A stretch of 64,000 nucleotides of DNA from Hormiphora californensis. Lineage: Eukaryota > Animalia > Ctenophora. The notes below the pieces were generated by a model. The model had not been told where the DNA came from and made no database searches. It saw only the letters and a program-made list of their open reading frames with translations. Positions 1 to 13,666 of this stretch are shown here, one piece after another. Position 1 is the first letter of the stretch; each line of letters starts with the position of its first letter. The position numbers and the translations under genes were made by a program. The stretch lies in NCBI GenBank assembly GCA_020137815.1, contig CM035355.1, forward strand, positions 2,170,001-2,234,000. The letters are read 5' to 3'.

Positions 1-781
1 ATGAAAAGGGCAAAAGCTAAAATCCAATATCCTGTAATTAGGGAATTTTAGCTAAGAAAGGACCGAAACTATGGAAAAATGTGTAACAAGCTACTTTCTT
101 CACTATTTGGTCCATATGTGTCCCTATAATCACCAAAAACAAAATCACAAAAAATCCACGATGGCGAAGATGGATTTTTGTTTTTCGCAATTACAGCAAA
201 AACGGTTGAAGTAGGAGCAAAATGTCTCTCAGAAGACCCCCCCAAAATCGGACCTTCTGAATCGTTTAAGCATAGTCTCAGGTCTCTACGATCAGTCGTT
301 TTTGAGATACAGGGAATTTATTTATTTCTGAAATGACGGCTTTCACAAAAAAACCTCTGTACAGCTTATCTCAAATAAGGACGCGCCCAAAATTTATGGC
401 CATATGGAGAATCGTTAGACGCAACTTTTGACCAATTTACAGCTTTCACATATTTTCGGAACTTGGCCAAATATGGCGTTAAAGTCAAAAAAAAGAAATC
501 CATCTCAGGACCGGAAATCAGCTCGGATTTCAAAAACATTTTTTGTGGCTACTCACCTCTTTGTCCTCTTCAAATCCACAAATTTTTATGATCCTATCTT
601 TACAAATGTATTTTTAAGATGCCAAAAACTTATTTTCAGTTCATTTTTCAAGCAGCTGTAGCAAAAATATGAATTCGACTTGAGAGCTCAAATTGCATAT
701 TTGAGGTCTCCTTGGCATGGCCTACAACCCTACGGTGAGAGATTTCCCTGCACTCGAAAAAAAATTTTGGTTAGCGTACCC
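1..781. mobile_element. Partial non-autonomous TTAA-target (Kolobok-like) DNA element, right end
   Basis: Ends ...gcgtaccc|TTAA (TTAA 782-785). Its last ~130 bp resemble the end of the 3740-5019 element (ctgtagcaaaaatatgaattcga...ttgcatatttgaggtc...cctacaaccc...cactcga...taccc). The left end is outside the window. Confidence 0.7.
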
Positions 782-1651
782 TTAAATGTAGGGAACAGAA
801 AATTAACAATGACAAATCATGAAATATGTCTAGCTATCAGAAAAAATGGTGCTAATATAAATATCGTTCAAGAAGAGTTAAAACTGTTTGAGTGCTTGAT
901 CAATCAAGTATGACGCGAGATTGCATTAAGTGCACGATCATTGAAAAAACAAGAGAAATCAAAAAGACGATCACGCAACTGTAAAGGATTCTATGTCCCT
1001 CTCTCTATCCCTCCTTCTTTCTGTAAATCTAGTGCGGCCACGGTGTTTACATGCAGTCACAGTCCCCCCTCTCTCTCTATTTCTCTCTCTCTCTCTGTCT
1101 TTCTCGTTTTTCCATCTATTAACCTTCATAAATTGCTCTTTTTTCGACTTTAAAAACAGCAGATACCACATCCCCCTGCATTGAATGTTCGGATGCACGT
1201 AATGATATCTTAGGGAAGAACTACATCACAATCCATGCGGCCGCGGGAGAGATGGAGGGATAAGGAATGAAAGCGGCATTTGGCGGTATATCGACGTTAA
1301 ACAGAGGGCACTTACAAACCCGGTATGATCATAGCAATGGTAAGTACCCCCGGGCCCACAGTTAATACTATAGCATGTATTGAACTATGATGTTAATAAA
1401 AAGGACAGATAAAATGTAGATGAAGCATGGATTGAAGCACGTTTATAGATCAAAGGAAATATGGTTGAAGTTATCATAGAAAGATACCGTGTCGTGGTAC
1501 CGCCACTCATAGATATGCTATGAACTAGCCGACTATGCAGGATTATGATAGTTTGTTGGATGGACTATGTGTCTCTACTCTTTAGCCATGTCTTTACTCT
1601 TTAGCTGACTAGTTTGATGGGCCGAATCAAACGGAGGGGAACTAAACATAC

Positions 1652-2841
1652 CTGGTCTTGTTTGGATTGAGAAAGGGTAGAAGTACTCTTGGGACAGACA
1701 AACCAACTCGCAACAATATCGTCGTTACTTGTCTGAAAACAAGATGGGAATTATTCAGAGGAATCAGGAGAAACTTTCGAGAAAAACAGCAGAATGATCA
1801 GTTCAATTGAAATGGTGGTCGGAGAAAGAGGTGATCTTGATGAAGAATGATCGTACAAAATCACAAAATGAAAGAGTTTGAAATATATTACAATTGAAGT
1901 TGGGGAATCCTCAACACTTGCTTTCGGAACCAGTCTCTTGTGAAGGTCAGTAAGGGTCGCTGATAGAACTTTGAAACCTTCAGGGGGTGGGAATAATTAG
2001 TGGTCACTGTGATTGTTGTAGGACAATTTCTGGCCAAGTGTCACTAATATTTTCAAGATATCTATCAGTGAACAGATATCTATCAGTGAACACACTTCAC
2101 AGATCAGTAGAACTAGAAGGACACCTGTGTCAAGGTGTGCACGATGTGATGAATACTACACACATGTGTAATACTGCAGTGTGAGAGTGAAGTAAACCAG
2201 ACACGTGGTAGCCCGTAGTGGCTAGTGTTCATTACAACTGATCACGTGACATATATATAACCTGTGATCACAAAATCTCACTGAAAATATCCACCTAAAC
2301 TGTCTACTGGGATTCATCTCCTTGGCAAGGGCTCAAGGCGCGGCATTACTACCGACAAGAGGAGGGGCTGCAAGAAACTAAAAAGTATCGCCATGACCCA
2401 CCTAGACTTGGTCCATCTTGTTTGATCATCAGCATGTTAGAGTTAACAGAAGGTCTCCGTTTATTTCTCTGTTGGTTACTGGACAGCATTGATCCTCTAC
2501 CTCCTCTACCTCCCCCGTCATCTAGCATTATCTAAAGAGAGAGGATGGGATGGTTAGAATGAAAATATTTTGTCAGCAGAAATTTGTCTAGAGACTCTAG
2601 TGTGTGCCCTCTTTTAATTCCCCGGCAGAGTGAGTTGAGGGAGTAGAGGGTACACAAAAACTTGACGAGCAGAAACTCAAATAGAGGAGTAATAAAGGAA
2701 ATCTTTCTTTAAAATTCAAATATGGACCTATATTTTGGATGTCCAATTTGACCGTACCTCTTTGAGGGCCTGATTGCTGAAGACCTCTGTATCAAGAGCC
2801 CTGGATATGTCGAACTTTATTTGGGGCTGCTGGGAAGGCAT
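1652..2841 (-). CDS. Putative spliced gene of unknown function (3' end unresolved)
   Basis: Exons ~2841-2758 (MPSQQPQIKFDISRALDTEVFSNQALKE) and ~2531-2402 (IMLDDGGGRGGRGS...) join in frame with AG/GT sites. Further candidate exons at ~1977-1922 and ~1732-1652. No family recognised. Confidence 0.4.
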
Positions 2842-3565
2842 CTTCTTCTGCTACCTAAATATAGGAGATGGTACGAGGTCAAAATTAGGAATGCTGGTAA
2901 GATATTAGTCGTAAAAATCACTAAAAACATCAATTGGGGTGGTGACTGAGAGACTAAATGAAACATCAAGGGAAACTAGCTTGGTAAAGAATTCAACTGT
3001 TTATATAACAGAGAGAGAACGACACAAAAGACGCCCAAAAGAAGGTGTTTCTTTTGGGTCCAGCCAGCTTATGATAGGTTTTACCCACTGGGTAAATGCA
3101 TATATATGCGTGACTATAAAATAATATCGCAGACCAGCTAGAGACAAAAGGCTCTTTTCAAAACGTGATATTTATATGAATGAGTGTCGGAATAAGACAA
3201 ATATAAAAACTTCTCACGGGATAGTAACTAGGACAGAATTGGCAAACACCCAAACTGAAAATAACTTTTCGCAAAATGAACGGTCCATGGTGCAGAGTTG
3301 GGCAGAGTGAGATAAGAGAGAGTATGGAGGGGGAGTACCATGGTGATGTCAACCTATAACTTATTATTAAATCAAACCACTCCCCCGCACAAGCCGGTAG
3401 TGGAACTTCTGGGCCGGGTTGGTTGGGTTCTCAAACTTCGAGTAATAATATGAGAAGGAAAAATATCATAAAGGGCGCTAACTTACAATTTGAGAATGAG
3501 CTGTAGGACGGAATAAAAATGGCAGAAAAGATATTTGAAATTGAGAAAGAAATCGGCGCCAAATA

Positions 3566-6523
3566 GGGTAGACCGGGGTAATTTGGACGGTTTTGGCATT
3601 CAATTGGTATTTCAAGAGCCATTAATTTACTTAATCAATTAGTTAGCTACTCAATTTGTGCAACTGAACCTTTATCTTGAGCCTCAGAACAAATTTGAAT
3701 CGAAAACATAACTTTTAGATAGCTAATTAACCTTGTTAAGGGTACACCTCGGCAAAATTTTTGTCGAGTGCCCGCTTAGCTCTCCATATGGGGTTGTAGG
3801 GCATACCAAGCCGACCTCAAATATGCAATTTTAGCCCTTAACTCGAATTCATATTTTTGCTACAGCCCCTCAAAGTTGGACCCTAAAAACCGGTTTTTAA
3901 GGTCCCTAAATTTTATTTTTAGGGCTAGAAAACTGAAAATTTGGGGATTTGTAGAGGATACCAAGGTGTATCAGCCCAAACATAAATTTTTTGAAATGGA
4001 GCTCAATTTACTGTCTGAGACTATTTTACTTTTTTTGACTTTGAGGCTATATTTGGACATGTTCCTATGGACCGTTAAGGCTAAAAATTGGATATTTGGT
4101 GCTCCTAACAATTGTCAAAGTAGCCACAAATTTTCAGGAGGTCCGAATTTGAAATGTGGCCTACAGGTTTCTTTTTGTAAAGCACATATTTTAGGAAAAC
4201 TTAAAATGGCTATATCTCAAAAACGGTAGGTCCTAGCGATCTAATTTTGTGCTAAATCGATTCAGCGGGTCCGATTTTGGGGGGGTCGTCTCTTGGACAT
4301 TTTGCTCTAAGTCTAACCGTTTTTTCAGAAATCGTATTTTAAGGTTTGTACATGTTTAGCAGAAATGCTTCTAGCTAGAGCTAATCTTACCTATTTCTGC
4401 TAAACATGTACAAACCTTAAAATACGATTTCTGAAAAAACGGTTAGACTTAGAGCAAAATGTCCAAGAGACGACCCCCCCAAAATCGGACCCGCTGAATC
4501 GATTTAGCACAAAATTAGATCGCTAGGACCTACCGTTTTTGAGATATAGCCATTTTTAGTTTTCCTAAAATATGTGCTTTACAAAAAGAAACCTGTAGGC
4601 CACATTTCAAATTCGGACCTCCTGAAAATTTGTGGCTACTTTGACAATTGTTAGGAGCACCAAATATCCAATTTTTAGCCTTAACGGTCCATAGGAACAT
4701 GTCCAAATATAGCCTCAAAGTCAAAAAAAGTAAAATAGTCTCAGACAGTAAATTGAGCTCCATTTCAAAAAATTTATGTTTGGGCTGATACACCTTGGTA
4801 TCCTCTACAAATCCCCAAATTTTCAGTTTTCTAGCCCTAAAAATAAAATTTAGGGACCTTAAAAACCGGTTTTTAGGGTCCAACTTTGAGGGGCTGTAGC
4901 AAAAATATGAATTCGAGTTAAGGGCTAAAATTGCATATTTGAGGTCGGCTTGGTATGCCCTACAACCCCATATGGAGAGCTAAGCGGGCACTCGACAAAA
5001 ATTTTGCCGAGGTGTACCCTTAATGAAGGTAAGTCGGAATATTTTTGATCGCGAGACACGGGGCAATTTGGACTAGTGGCTTCTAGACCAATCACAATGC
5101 GCGCATTCAATCACGTGACCGCGACACACCACATTGCCCCAGCTGTAAATCTGTGATGTAAATCAGAGCGAGGTTGGGGCTATTTGGACAAACTTAGATT
5201 GTAGCCACAGTTTTTGAGATATCGATTTCAAACTTTTCAGTCATCTAGTAATTTAGTATCCCGTGCTATTTCTTTTTTCAAAATTAGTTAATTAAGTAGT
5301 AATTAGCCTAATTAACCAAAAAATTTAGTGTTCATCAGATCTATATCTATAGGGTGCATTTTCGAAAGCTCAGGATTAGCCTAGTCGATTAGAAAAAGAT
5401 TTAATCTAATCCCAAATAGGGTTTTTGAGAAAATCGACATCAAAGATCAAAAAATCACAAATAAAGCTACGGTTTTCAAAGGAATGCTGTTTGTGTTTTC
5501 AGGTGCTTACAAGGCCAGAAATTACTATTATGGGGATCCAGTCTAATTAATCATGTTAGTGGCCGATTCCCACTCAATGCAATTCCCTGGGGTTACTATA
5601 GCAACGGAGTTTGTTACCATAGCAACCGGCGAATTTGCAGTAATGTACTATTTTCTTGCTCCAAATTCACCCATTACATCCGTATTATTAGACTATCGAT
5701 TATTTAAACATGATTGTGAGTCACAATGAGACATCAGACTACCTTCAGTTACCAGCCAGTCAGGGGCTTTGGTTATCAAATGTATGCCTATTGCTCTAAG
5801 TTAGCCTGTAATTTATCCCTTTATTCAGTTATATCAGCTGCATATGGATGATTATCATGATAAAACACTACTTTTGGTCATCAAAGCACCAGTCCTAGAT
5901 ATTCTGGAGCACCCTATGAAGTTGGTTTGTCGAATGCCACACCATGGATTGACTTGTTACCTTGGCATCCAGAGAATTGGTTGTAAAATGCGCCTTTTTT
6001 CTATTTTTTTGGTCTATTTACTCAGTTTTAGCCATCTATATTGATTGAATAGGATAATTATGAAAGCAGGTTGTCTATGGTTACCATAGAAACGAGTATA
6101 ATGGCGCCATGAGGCCAATTTGTATTAACCAATTTGCCCCATGGGGCAATTTGGTCTAGTCCAAATTGCCCCATGGGGCAATCTGGATTATGACCGAATT
6201 GCCCCCGATTTTTTCGTCCGAATTGCCCCAAATTGTCCGAATTGCCCCGCTTCATTAAAATGCCAATTAGCTAATTAAATCGAAAGCTAATGTCATTTTG
6301 ATGATGAAACTGAATAGAAAAGTATCATATTGTGAAATTCTGACCCTTAATTTAAATAATTATCATAATTAAGTTTACCGAAATAGAGTTTAACTTTAAA
6401 GTCGTCATTTTTCGTTATTTCACACTAAACACCACAATTTAAAAGTCCCATATAAATCACTAGTCCACATTGCCCCGTCCTGTGACCACATTGCCCCACC
6501 GTCCAAATTACCCCGGTCTACCC
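3566..6523. mobile_element. Non-autonomous TA-TSD DNA transposon (Tc1/mariner/pogo-type) hosting a nested element
   Basis: Perfect 26-bp TIR gggtagaccggggtaatttggacggt (3566-3591, reverse complement at 6498-6523), TA on both sides, and many internal ggggcaatt/aattgcccc motifs (~5060-5190, 6130-6250, 6465-6500). No transposase ORF. Confidence 0.8.
3740..5019. mobile_element. Palindromic (foldback) Kolobok-like non-autonomous element
   Basis: 627-bp inverted arms (3740-4366 and 4393-5019) with a 26-bp spacer. TTAA on both sides (3736-3739, 5020-5023) and GG...CC termini, the pattern known for Kolobok (TTAA TSD, purine 5' end) rather than piggyBac (CC 5' end). Confidence 0.85.
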
Positions 6524-7350
6524 TATGTAAACTCATTTGAAAATCAGATTTGAAAAGCAAATTACTTGTCATTTTCAAGTGGACGCAGGGCAAACTTTGC
6601 CAAACCCTCCCAGATAAGAGTGCAGTGTGAGCTATGTTAGGCAAACTTTGGTATTTCCAAAAAATAAAGTTTAATAAGTCGAAGTCATCTTTTAACTAAA
6701 GCCTGATCAGGTATCCTGAATCAATGAGTCCTGGTAGTCCCACCTGAAATCCCTACCACTAAACGGGGACCACTAAAGTTTTACAAAGCAGACCAAACAC
6801 TCATTTTTCCATTACTTGCGGTCAGTGGAATTGCGAGAGGAGGTAACTTTTAAACATTCAAAACTGGAAGCTCAAAATTGCCGAGAGAGAAAATGAAAAA
6901 AAGAGAGGAAGCAATGGAGTAATTTTCTGTGCACTCATGTGCTTACTACTGTTCCATGTGAAGAATAAACAGGGAATTTAATCAGCGTGCGAATCTCAGA
7001 TCTGATCATGATGATTAAGATGAAGATATTTATGAAGGAGCAACCATTCACTTATGAACTCTAATCTACCTCTTCCTTTCTTTTCAAAAACAAACATGCA
7101 TGCACTCAAAATGCAGCCAGTCGAGAGGAGACAATTTAGCATGAAAACAGCCTCAAGCTACATAGAACTCACTACCTTTATATCTCTATCTCTGTATATC
7201 TCTCCATCTCTCTATCTCAGAGAGGGAGAGAGAGAGATAGAGAATGCTCTTTAAAAGGCCGTTCAAACTGCACTGTTGTGTCGGCTGGCTCTAGAACACA
7301 GCAGTAAGGCGGCAGTATGGTATTTCAGCATGCTTTAACATGAACTCAGT

Positions 7351-7590
7351 ATATCACACAATGAACAGAGGGGGGGGGAACAGAGTATATCACAAGATGA
7401 ACAGAGAATATCACAAGATGAACAGAGTATATCACAAGATGAACAGAGTATATCACAAGATGAACAGAGAACATCACAAGATGAACAGAGAATATCACAA
7501 GATGAACAGAGAACATCACAAGATGAACAGAGTATATCACAAGATGAACAGAGAATATCACAAGATGAACAGAGGATGACACAAGATGAA
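7351..7590. repeat. 21-bp minisatellite (atcacaagatgaacagag-tat/aat/aac), about 10-11 copies
   Basis: Directly visible tandem array in a probable intron. Confidence 0.95.
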
Positions 7591-7667
7591 CCGAGAATGA
7601 CGGGTTTGTGGGGGAGGAGGATATATTATGTGGTGTGAGTGGGTATCACGTGATGTGCTGTACTTAC

Positions 7668-7779
7668 AAAAGGAGATGGGGAATAAACCAGATCTTCTGG
7701 AACGGTTGTCATCATCATTACTTAGTGGCAATTGTCTCATGGTCTTGACAGGGAACTCCATGTTATCATTGAGTACCAT
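7668..7779 (-). CDS. Probable first coding exon of an unresolved gene downstream of USP39
   Basis: ttatttAG-cttctata-ATG, then MVLNDNMEFPVKTMRQLPLSNDDDNRSRRSGLFPISF, then a gtaagt donor. Begins 196 bp after the USP39 stop. The next exon was not identified. Confidence 0.4.
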
Positions 7780-7975
7780 TATAGAAGCTAAATAAGGGGC
7801 GTGATTATAATCAAGTGTTCCACCATTCCATGCACAATAATTTCACGATGAATGCATTGATAAAAAACAGTACAACAAGCACTCATATATAAAGCATACA
7901 AGACGCAAACATAAAACATCATACAATGATGTATTCCCATTTAAATATTGTCTGACTCCTGCATCACCCCTAAAT

Positions 7976-10715
7976 TCATGGTGACATCCTGTTAGGGTCC
8001 ACAGAAAAGTCTGCTCGTTCGTAGATCTGAATATAACTCTCCGAGAGGGTGATCATCTGAGGCTGCAACTTGGTTACGTGCAGGTCCTGAAAGGGTGGGG
8101 GTGTTTACAATTGGAAGATGGGAGAGAGGGTACACATATGTTTGGTGGTAGAAGGGCATGTGAATTTTTGAGACCAAGGACTACTAGATTTTACTGTTTA
8201 GACCTTGTATATCAACAGTGAATACAATCAACAACTATTACTATTTACCTGTAATTCGAACCACTGGTTAGCACTGGAGAGATGAAGATGGGTGGAGTAT
8301 GTACCTCCCTTGGCACGGCCTTCATGGCAAATGTTGGACATTAAGTTGTACTCCGTGCTAAACAAGAATTATTTGCATTATGTATACCCATAATGCTGTA
8401 TTTCCCTGCCCAACTTCAAGGATATAAACTTTGAGTCAAAGTTTGACAGCCGGCATGAGATCTGGATTGTGCCACGCCTGCTTCTAAGTGGATGCTGATA
8501 TGTGAGCCGGTAAAGCTGATGGGTTGACTAATTAGACTCCAGTTTCAAGGTTATGTGATATCATGTAGTATTCAAGTCGCAGTTCATGCCATTGCCACAA
8601 CTCAAAAGTGAACACTGTACAGTACAATGACGTAGGGCGCGGCGCCAAAGTTATAGACTTTCTTTGAAGTGAAACATAAACGTCCTGTGCGCGCGCGAGT
8701 TTCCTGCAGGAGAAGCGCCTCGTGACATCATATTTCATCAAAACAATTAATTGATTTGATGAAGGAGCGTTGTCAAGCGTTGTCCGTGACGGACGGACAC
8801 TTTTAGTTAACTACACAATCTGCTGATTTCTAAACCCTTTATGATCTTTTTAGCACGTGCGTGCTAAAAACATCATCCCGGGTAAATGCCCTTCGGGCAT
8901 TCACCCGGGCAGGGAAAAAATAACGTGGTTTTAAACGTGGATACTGGTTATAAACTTATAGTTTCTATAACCACTAACATTTTCATACACACCCACCCCT
9001 TTTATCTCTAAGAAAAGGTCAAAGAGGAATATAACCCCGTTCCCGACGTGACCTCAGGTTTTTTCAGATGTTGACGTCATATAAACCAACAAACCAACAA
9101 ACAAACAGACATACAAACAAACAAACCCCATTTTCTGTATGTTAGCTTACCTCTTGTATTTGTCGGATACTTTGGTCTCAATAAACTCAGCCATATCGAA
9201 CGAGATGGGGAAATTCACAATCGTAGGATTCTTTTCGACAAAGAATCTGTTTTCTGTGAATCTGAGAGGAAGGTGTCAATTCTCACCAATATTTTGAACA
9301 CCCACTAGAACCTATTATAATCGTAAAAACATAATGACAATCCTCCAACTAACCGTTTGACAAATAGAATTAGGTAGCGGGGTAGTTTGGTAATCTCAAA
9401 TCTCCTCAAGAAAGTTGCATCATAAGTTTTGTGCTCAATTTCCGTCAGATTGTTGTACTTTTCCAGGAGCTTATAAATTGGAACCTGGCCAGAGAGAGAG
9501 AGAGAAGGAATTACCAGGCCAGAAGGGGACCATTTGTCATGCAGTTTTGAAATGCCGGTTATGTTTAAAAGATATTGTCGCAAACGTGTTTACTCAGAAT
9601 CCCCTACTTGTTTACTAATAACCTCACACGTCATGAATATGATGTAGCAAGAACGCTCTTATCTGCGTCATGAATGACATCATCACTACTGACGTGTATT
9701 GTGCACGTGCAAGAAGACTAACCTGTGGAATGATATTGTGATCACTATCATCAGCAAAGAGCGGGGCAGCAGGGAGCTCCAACATGAGGTAGAGGAAGGG
9801 AGATTTTGTGGAGACCGTCCTGAACTCCTCTCCAAGACCTCTCTCTCCGGGGGGAGGCACCTTCCTACTGTGGATCACCATCTCACCTATAACAGGGAGA
9901 GGGGAGCGGATTTATAGTTACGGGCCCTAACAAGTTCACTCTATTGGACACTAATATTGGGATAATAATATTGAGGAGCTGGGTAATAGGGCGTAGATCC
10001 CACACGAACTGAACTGAACATGGTTCAAATTCCTCTCTGACAAACCTTGAAAAGTATCAAAGACAATGCTTCTCTTCTTGATCTTCCCCCCAGTAAGAGT
10101 ATAGTGGAGTGAATTTAACAACCATGACAGAAAGGGAACCGGATCACCCTGTTCGGTGAACTGGAATTTCTTCTTGCTGCACACAACCACCGCTTGAAGC
10201 ATCTCGTGAGGGGAAATGTGGGATCTGAAGTTCCGGGGGTTCCATAACTTCCTTACCAGATCACCAAATCTCTGTAAAATACATGGTGTGGTAGGACAAA
10301 CAAACAAACAAATAAACAAACAAACACATAGACAAACAAACACAAACCTGAATTAGAGGAAACATGATACTGCCAGGAGGTAGTTTAGTGTTACTGTAGT
10401 TCTTTTCGTTTAGGAAGAATTCTCTGATGGGCATCACGTGACACAACGATATCAATATGACGTTCATGTAATCATTGGCCTGAGGGAGGGGGATAAATTT
10501 TATTAGACAATTTTAACCGGTTATCTAAATTTTCACAGTACACCGTGACCACCGGTTACAGTGTACTGTGAAAACTTAGACCACTGCAAAAACACTAGTA
10601 ATTATAAAGTAAAATACCGTTGCAGTGGTATGTGAAAAATTAGACACTTTCTAGTCACACGCACACAGTGTGAGCATTACAAACATTACAAACTGAGTGA
10701 ACGAGATAAAGATTA

Positions 10716-10802
<87 letters not shown>

Positions 10803-10978
10803 GTGTGTGTGAGAGAGAGAGATAGTAAAAGAGAGAATCGAAGGCAGAGAGGGAAAGCAGATGCAGGACGCTCATTGGCGTGGTGCCATCACGTGACGAT
10901 CACGTGACCTATAGTTGCAGAGGAGAAGAAAAGATAAGGGTTAGGGCGTGTGCACTATGCAGTAGTGACTACTGCACA

Positions 10979-11075
<97 letters not shown>

Positions 11076-11081
11076 TTCTCT

Positions 11082-11114
<33 letters not shown>

Positions 11115-13179
11115 ACTCAATCTTTATCTCTTTCACTCAGTTTGTTTCCAAAATCATCTAATAAAATTAGATGACTGCTTTTACATGCTCTATTACACAA
11201 CAATAATGTTAAAGATTCTTTCACTTTTAGGCCTCGCAGGCTCGGCCCAAAAGTACAACTACAGAGCTCGCAGGCTCGCTCGGTAGTTACACTTAGCGTG
11301 CCTCGCAGGCTCGGCAGCTAAGTAAAAGGATCTACCTCGACCTGTCGGTCTCGGTTCATTATTGTTGTATTTAGAACACTCGGCCTTCGGCCTCGTGCAC
11401 TAAAAAGTAATAGACCATTTTAACCAGTCATCTAATCATATAATAATTAGTAACTTCCAGTCTTAGAGCTATTAGCTCTATTCTTTGTCAGTTTTCAGGC
11501 CTTTGAAGAAGATTTTTTCTTTAAATTGAACATTTATCTCTCATCGACAGTTGTTTTGTTTTAACAGGGTCGAGCAAGGCAAATCTACAGATCTGTTTAC
11601 CGATTTTATCAGATTTGGCAGTGTGCTCCGCAGTGTGTTTTTATCTTACAGCGTGCGCGCGCTAAAGTGTTTGAAAGTCCCTCGCGCGAGCTTTTTTAAA
11701 TGCTAATAACCAAGAAGAAATACATCGCGCGCTACGTTTAGTGGGCGAGACCAAAGGAGTTGAGGCACACAAAAGACAGGAATTAGGAGAGAAAGAGAGA
11801 GAGAAGAAAAGAGAGGAGGAGAATGTACACTTCTCCGATGGTACCTTGATATTGTTGAGTCCCTGAATTCCCTGATAGTAACTGGTTCCATCCAATGCTT
11901 TGCAAACTTTTTGATTGGTTCTCAGTGCCACAATCTGCACAAGAGAGAGGGGTTTCACATACTCCACCACAGATGACAGAAGACGAAAAAGAGAGGAGTT
12001 TCAAAATGAAAGAGGCCCAAAAATGGTCATTATTGAAACAGTACCTCTTGTTGTGTGAAGGTTGGTTTCAACACAAACTTGATATCTTCCAGTGTCGCAT
12101 CAACGATCTCATAGTTATCAGGAAGACAGTAGAACTTGAGGGTGTGGAGGTTTAGATAGACGTGATGGTTGTTGTGTACACTGTGCGTATAGGCATGTGT
12201 GTTCTTGCCTCGACCTGGGGGAGTGTTTAGCATTACTGAAAACTCCTAATTTACTTGAATACAGGCTGACATACGAACTAAAGACCCTGGGGGCGATTCT
12301 GTGTTGCATTTACTATGGAAAATGGGCGAGTTCAAATGTTGTTTACCTTGGAAGTATTTTCCACAAACAAGACAGGCGTAGATATTCAGGTTAGACAGGG
12401 AAATAGAACACAACTGATAAAAAGAAATTCAGATTTAGCAACTAATGCAAATCACCCAATATTAATTAAAGGAAGACCAACGAAAAGTTGTTCAGACTGT
12501 CTCATGTGGCAGTAAATGAACAATTCAAGTAAGATGGGACACTTTTAAAACCATCAAACCTTCTCGAAATCAAAGTCCAAGATGGACCTCTGGATTGTGT
12601 CCAGATAAGGGCAATGTTTGGATTTCCATTGTCTCTCAGATTCAGAGATTATATGACTTTTATCCTCCTCCTCCTCTTCCACATAGTCTTCATCACTGTT
12701 GCATTCCTCTTTTATATCCACCTGTGTAGATATAGACCGGGGTGTTGGGATGTGGGCTGCAGGGTATTGAAATGGGGGTACAGGGTGTTGTAATGGGGGG
12801 GGGGGGGGGGTACAGGGTGTTGGAATGGGGGTACAGGGTGTTGTAATGGGGGGGGGGGGTATAGGGTGTTGGAATGGGGGTACAGGGTGTTGGTATAGTT
12901 TACTATAATGCCCAAGCTCCTAAATTCAGCATGGGTTTCAAAATATTATTGAGAGTGAAAGTGCTCGATCAAGATTCAGCCATGTTGTGTTTCCACACCT
13001 ACCTTAATTTTAACAATTTCTCCCTCCTCCTCCTCCTTTTCGACAGGTTCTTGTTTAATCTCCGTGACCTCCCCTTCTTCTCCCTGTGTAATCAAGGGCT
13101 TACAATCACCATTCTCCTCCTTGAATTCTGGCTCTGGTTTCTCATCATGCTCGAGCTTAATCCGTTTGGCTTCTGACAT
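7976..13179 (-). CDS. USP39: U4/U6.U5 tri-snRNP-associated protein 2 (Sad1/USP39), about 12 exons
   Basis: CPYLDTIQRSILDFDFEK; ZnF-UBP NIYACLVCGKYFQ/GRGKNTHAYTHS; FYCLPDNYEI; GLNNIK-ANDY (Asp in place of the catalytic Cys); LVRKLWNPRNFRSHISPHEMLQAV; C-terminal PQMITLSESYIQIYER. Confidence 0.97.
8723..8920 (-). mobile_element. Dispersed repeat, Helentron/HINE-like fragment (copy 1)
   Basis: Reverse complement of 18660-18839. Contains the palindrome tttttagcacgtgcgtgctaaaaa, a gacggacggac motif and the hairpin aatgcccttcgggcatt. Family assignment is inferred. Confidence 0.55.
10688..11145. repeat. Foldback repeat with (GA)n left arm and (TC)n right arm
   Basis: acaaactgagtgaacgagataaagattaagtga(ga)n...aagagaatgtg is mirrored by cacattctcttt...(tc)n actcaatctttatctctttcactcagtttgt. 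Lies in a USP39 intron. Confidence 0.85.
11230..11400. repeat. Array of five short GC-rich bulged hairpins
   Basis: ggcctcgcaggctcggcc, gagctcgcaggctcgctc, tgcctcgcaggctcggca, acctcgacctgtcggtctcggt and cactcggccttcggcctcgtg, spaced about 30-45 bp apart. Confidence 0.75.
12763..12892. repeat. G-rich intronic minisatellite (aatgggggtacagggtgttg variants with poly-G runs)
   Basis: About 5-6 visible units in USP39 intron 1. Confidence 0.85.
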
Positions 13180-13666
13180 ATTCTATCGTAAAGTTGAATT
13201 TTTATTTTTTAGGGTATCTGGCTTGGATAACACAAATGAATTAAAACGAAGTTTATACCGTGTTTTAACGACACAAGATAATTAATGATGAAGATAATAA
13301 AAATACATAAAAAATTGAACAAATTCTCGAGTTGATAAAGAACTCATAAAATATCTCTTTGTAATTTGTCAGCATCTCTCTCTCTCTCTCTCTTCAAGTC
13401 ATATATTTATCTCCTTTAACTATTTTACCACACACATGTGTATAGCTTGAAAGTCGGTTAAGCTTCACGTGTTCAATCCTTGATATAGCTGTCTGGTGCC
13501 GATCAGCTCAGCGCTGCCAGACGGTGATAAAGTGATAATGAAAGCCCGTTTCAGTACAAAATAACAAGAACACATTTCGTGACAGCTCTATGTGTTGTAA
13601 GTGCAGCAGCGATTATACGTATTATATCCGTCGATACAGAAAGGCAGCAATATGACACACACCACA

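Noticed and set aside
3876-4883. Two identical 117-aa ORFs on opposite strands
   Set aside because: By-product of the palindromic element. TTG start and no transposase motifs.
7340-7582. Repetitive ORFs (YHKMNRV)n and (VHLVIFS)n, and a possible CRISPR-like array
   Set aside because: A 21-bp tandem repeat without unique spacers keeps frames open trivially, and the context is eukaryotic.
2841-7668. Joining the 7779-7668 exon directly to the 2855 exon as one gene
   Set aside because: The phase-1 junction meets a stop within about 13 codons, and no intermediate exon could be identified.
10651-11174. (LS)n ORFs
   Set aside because: Translations of GA/TC microsatellites.
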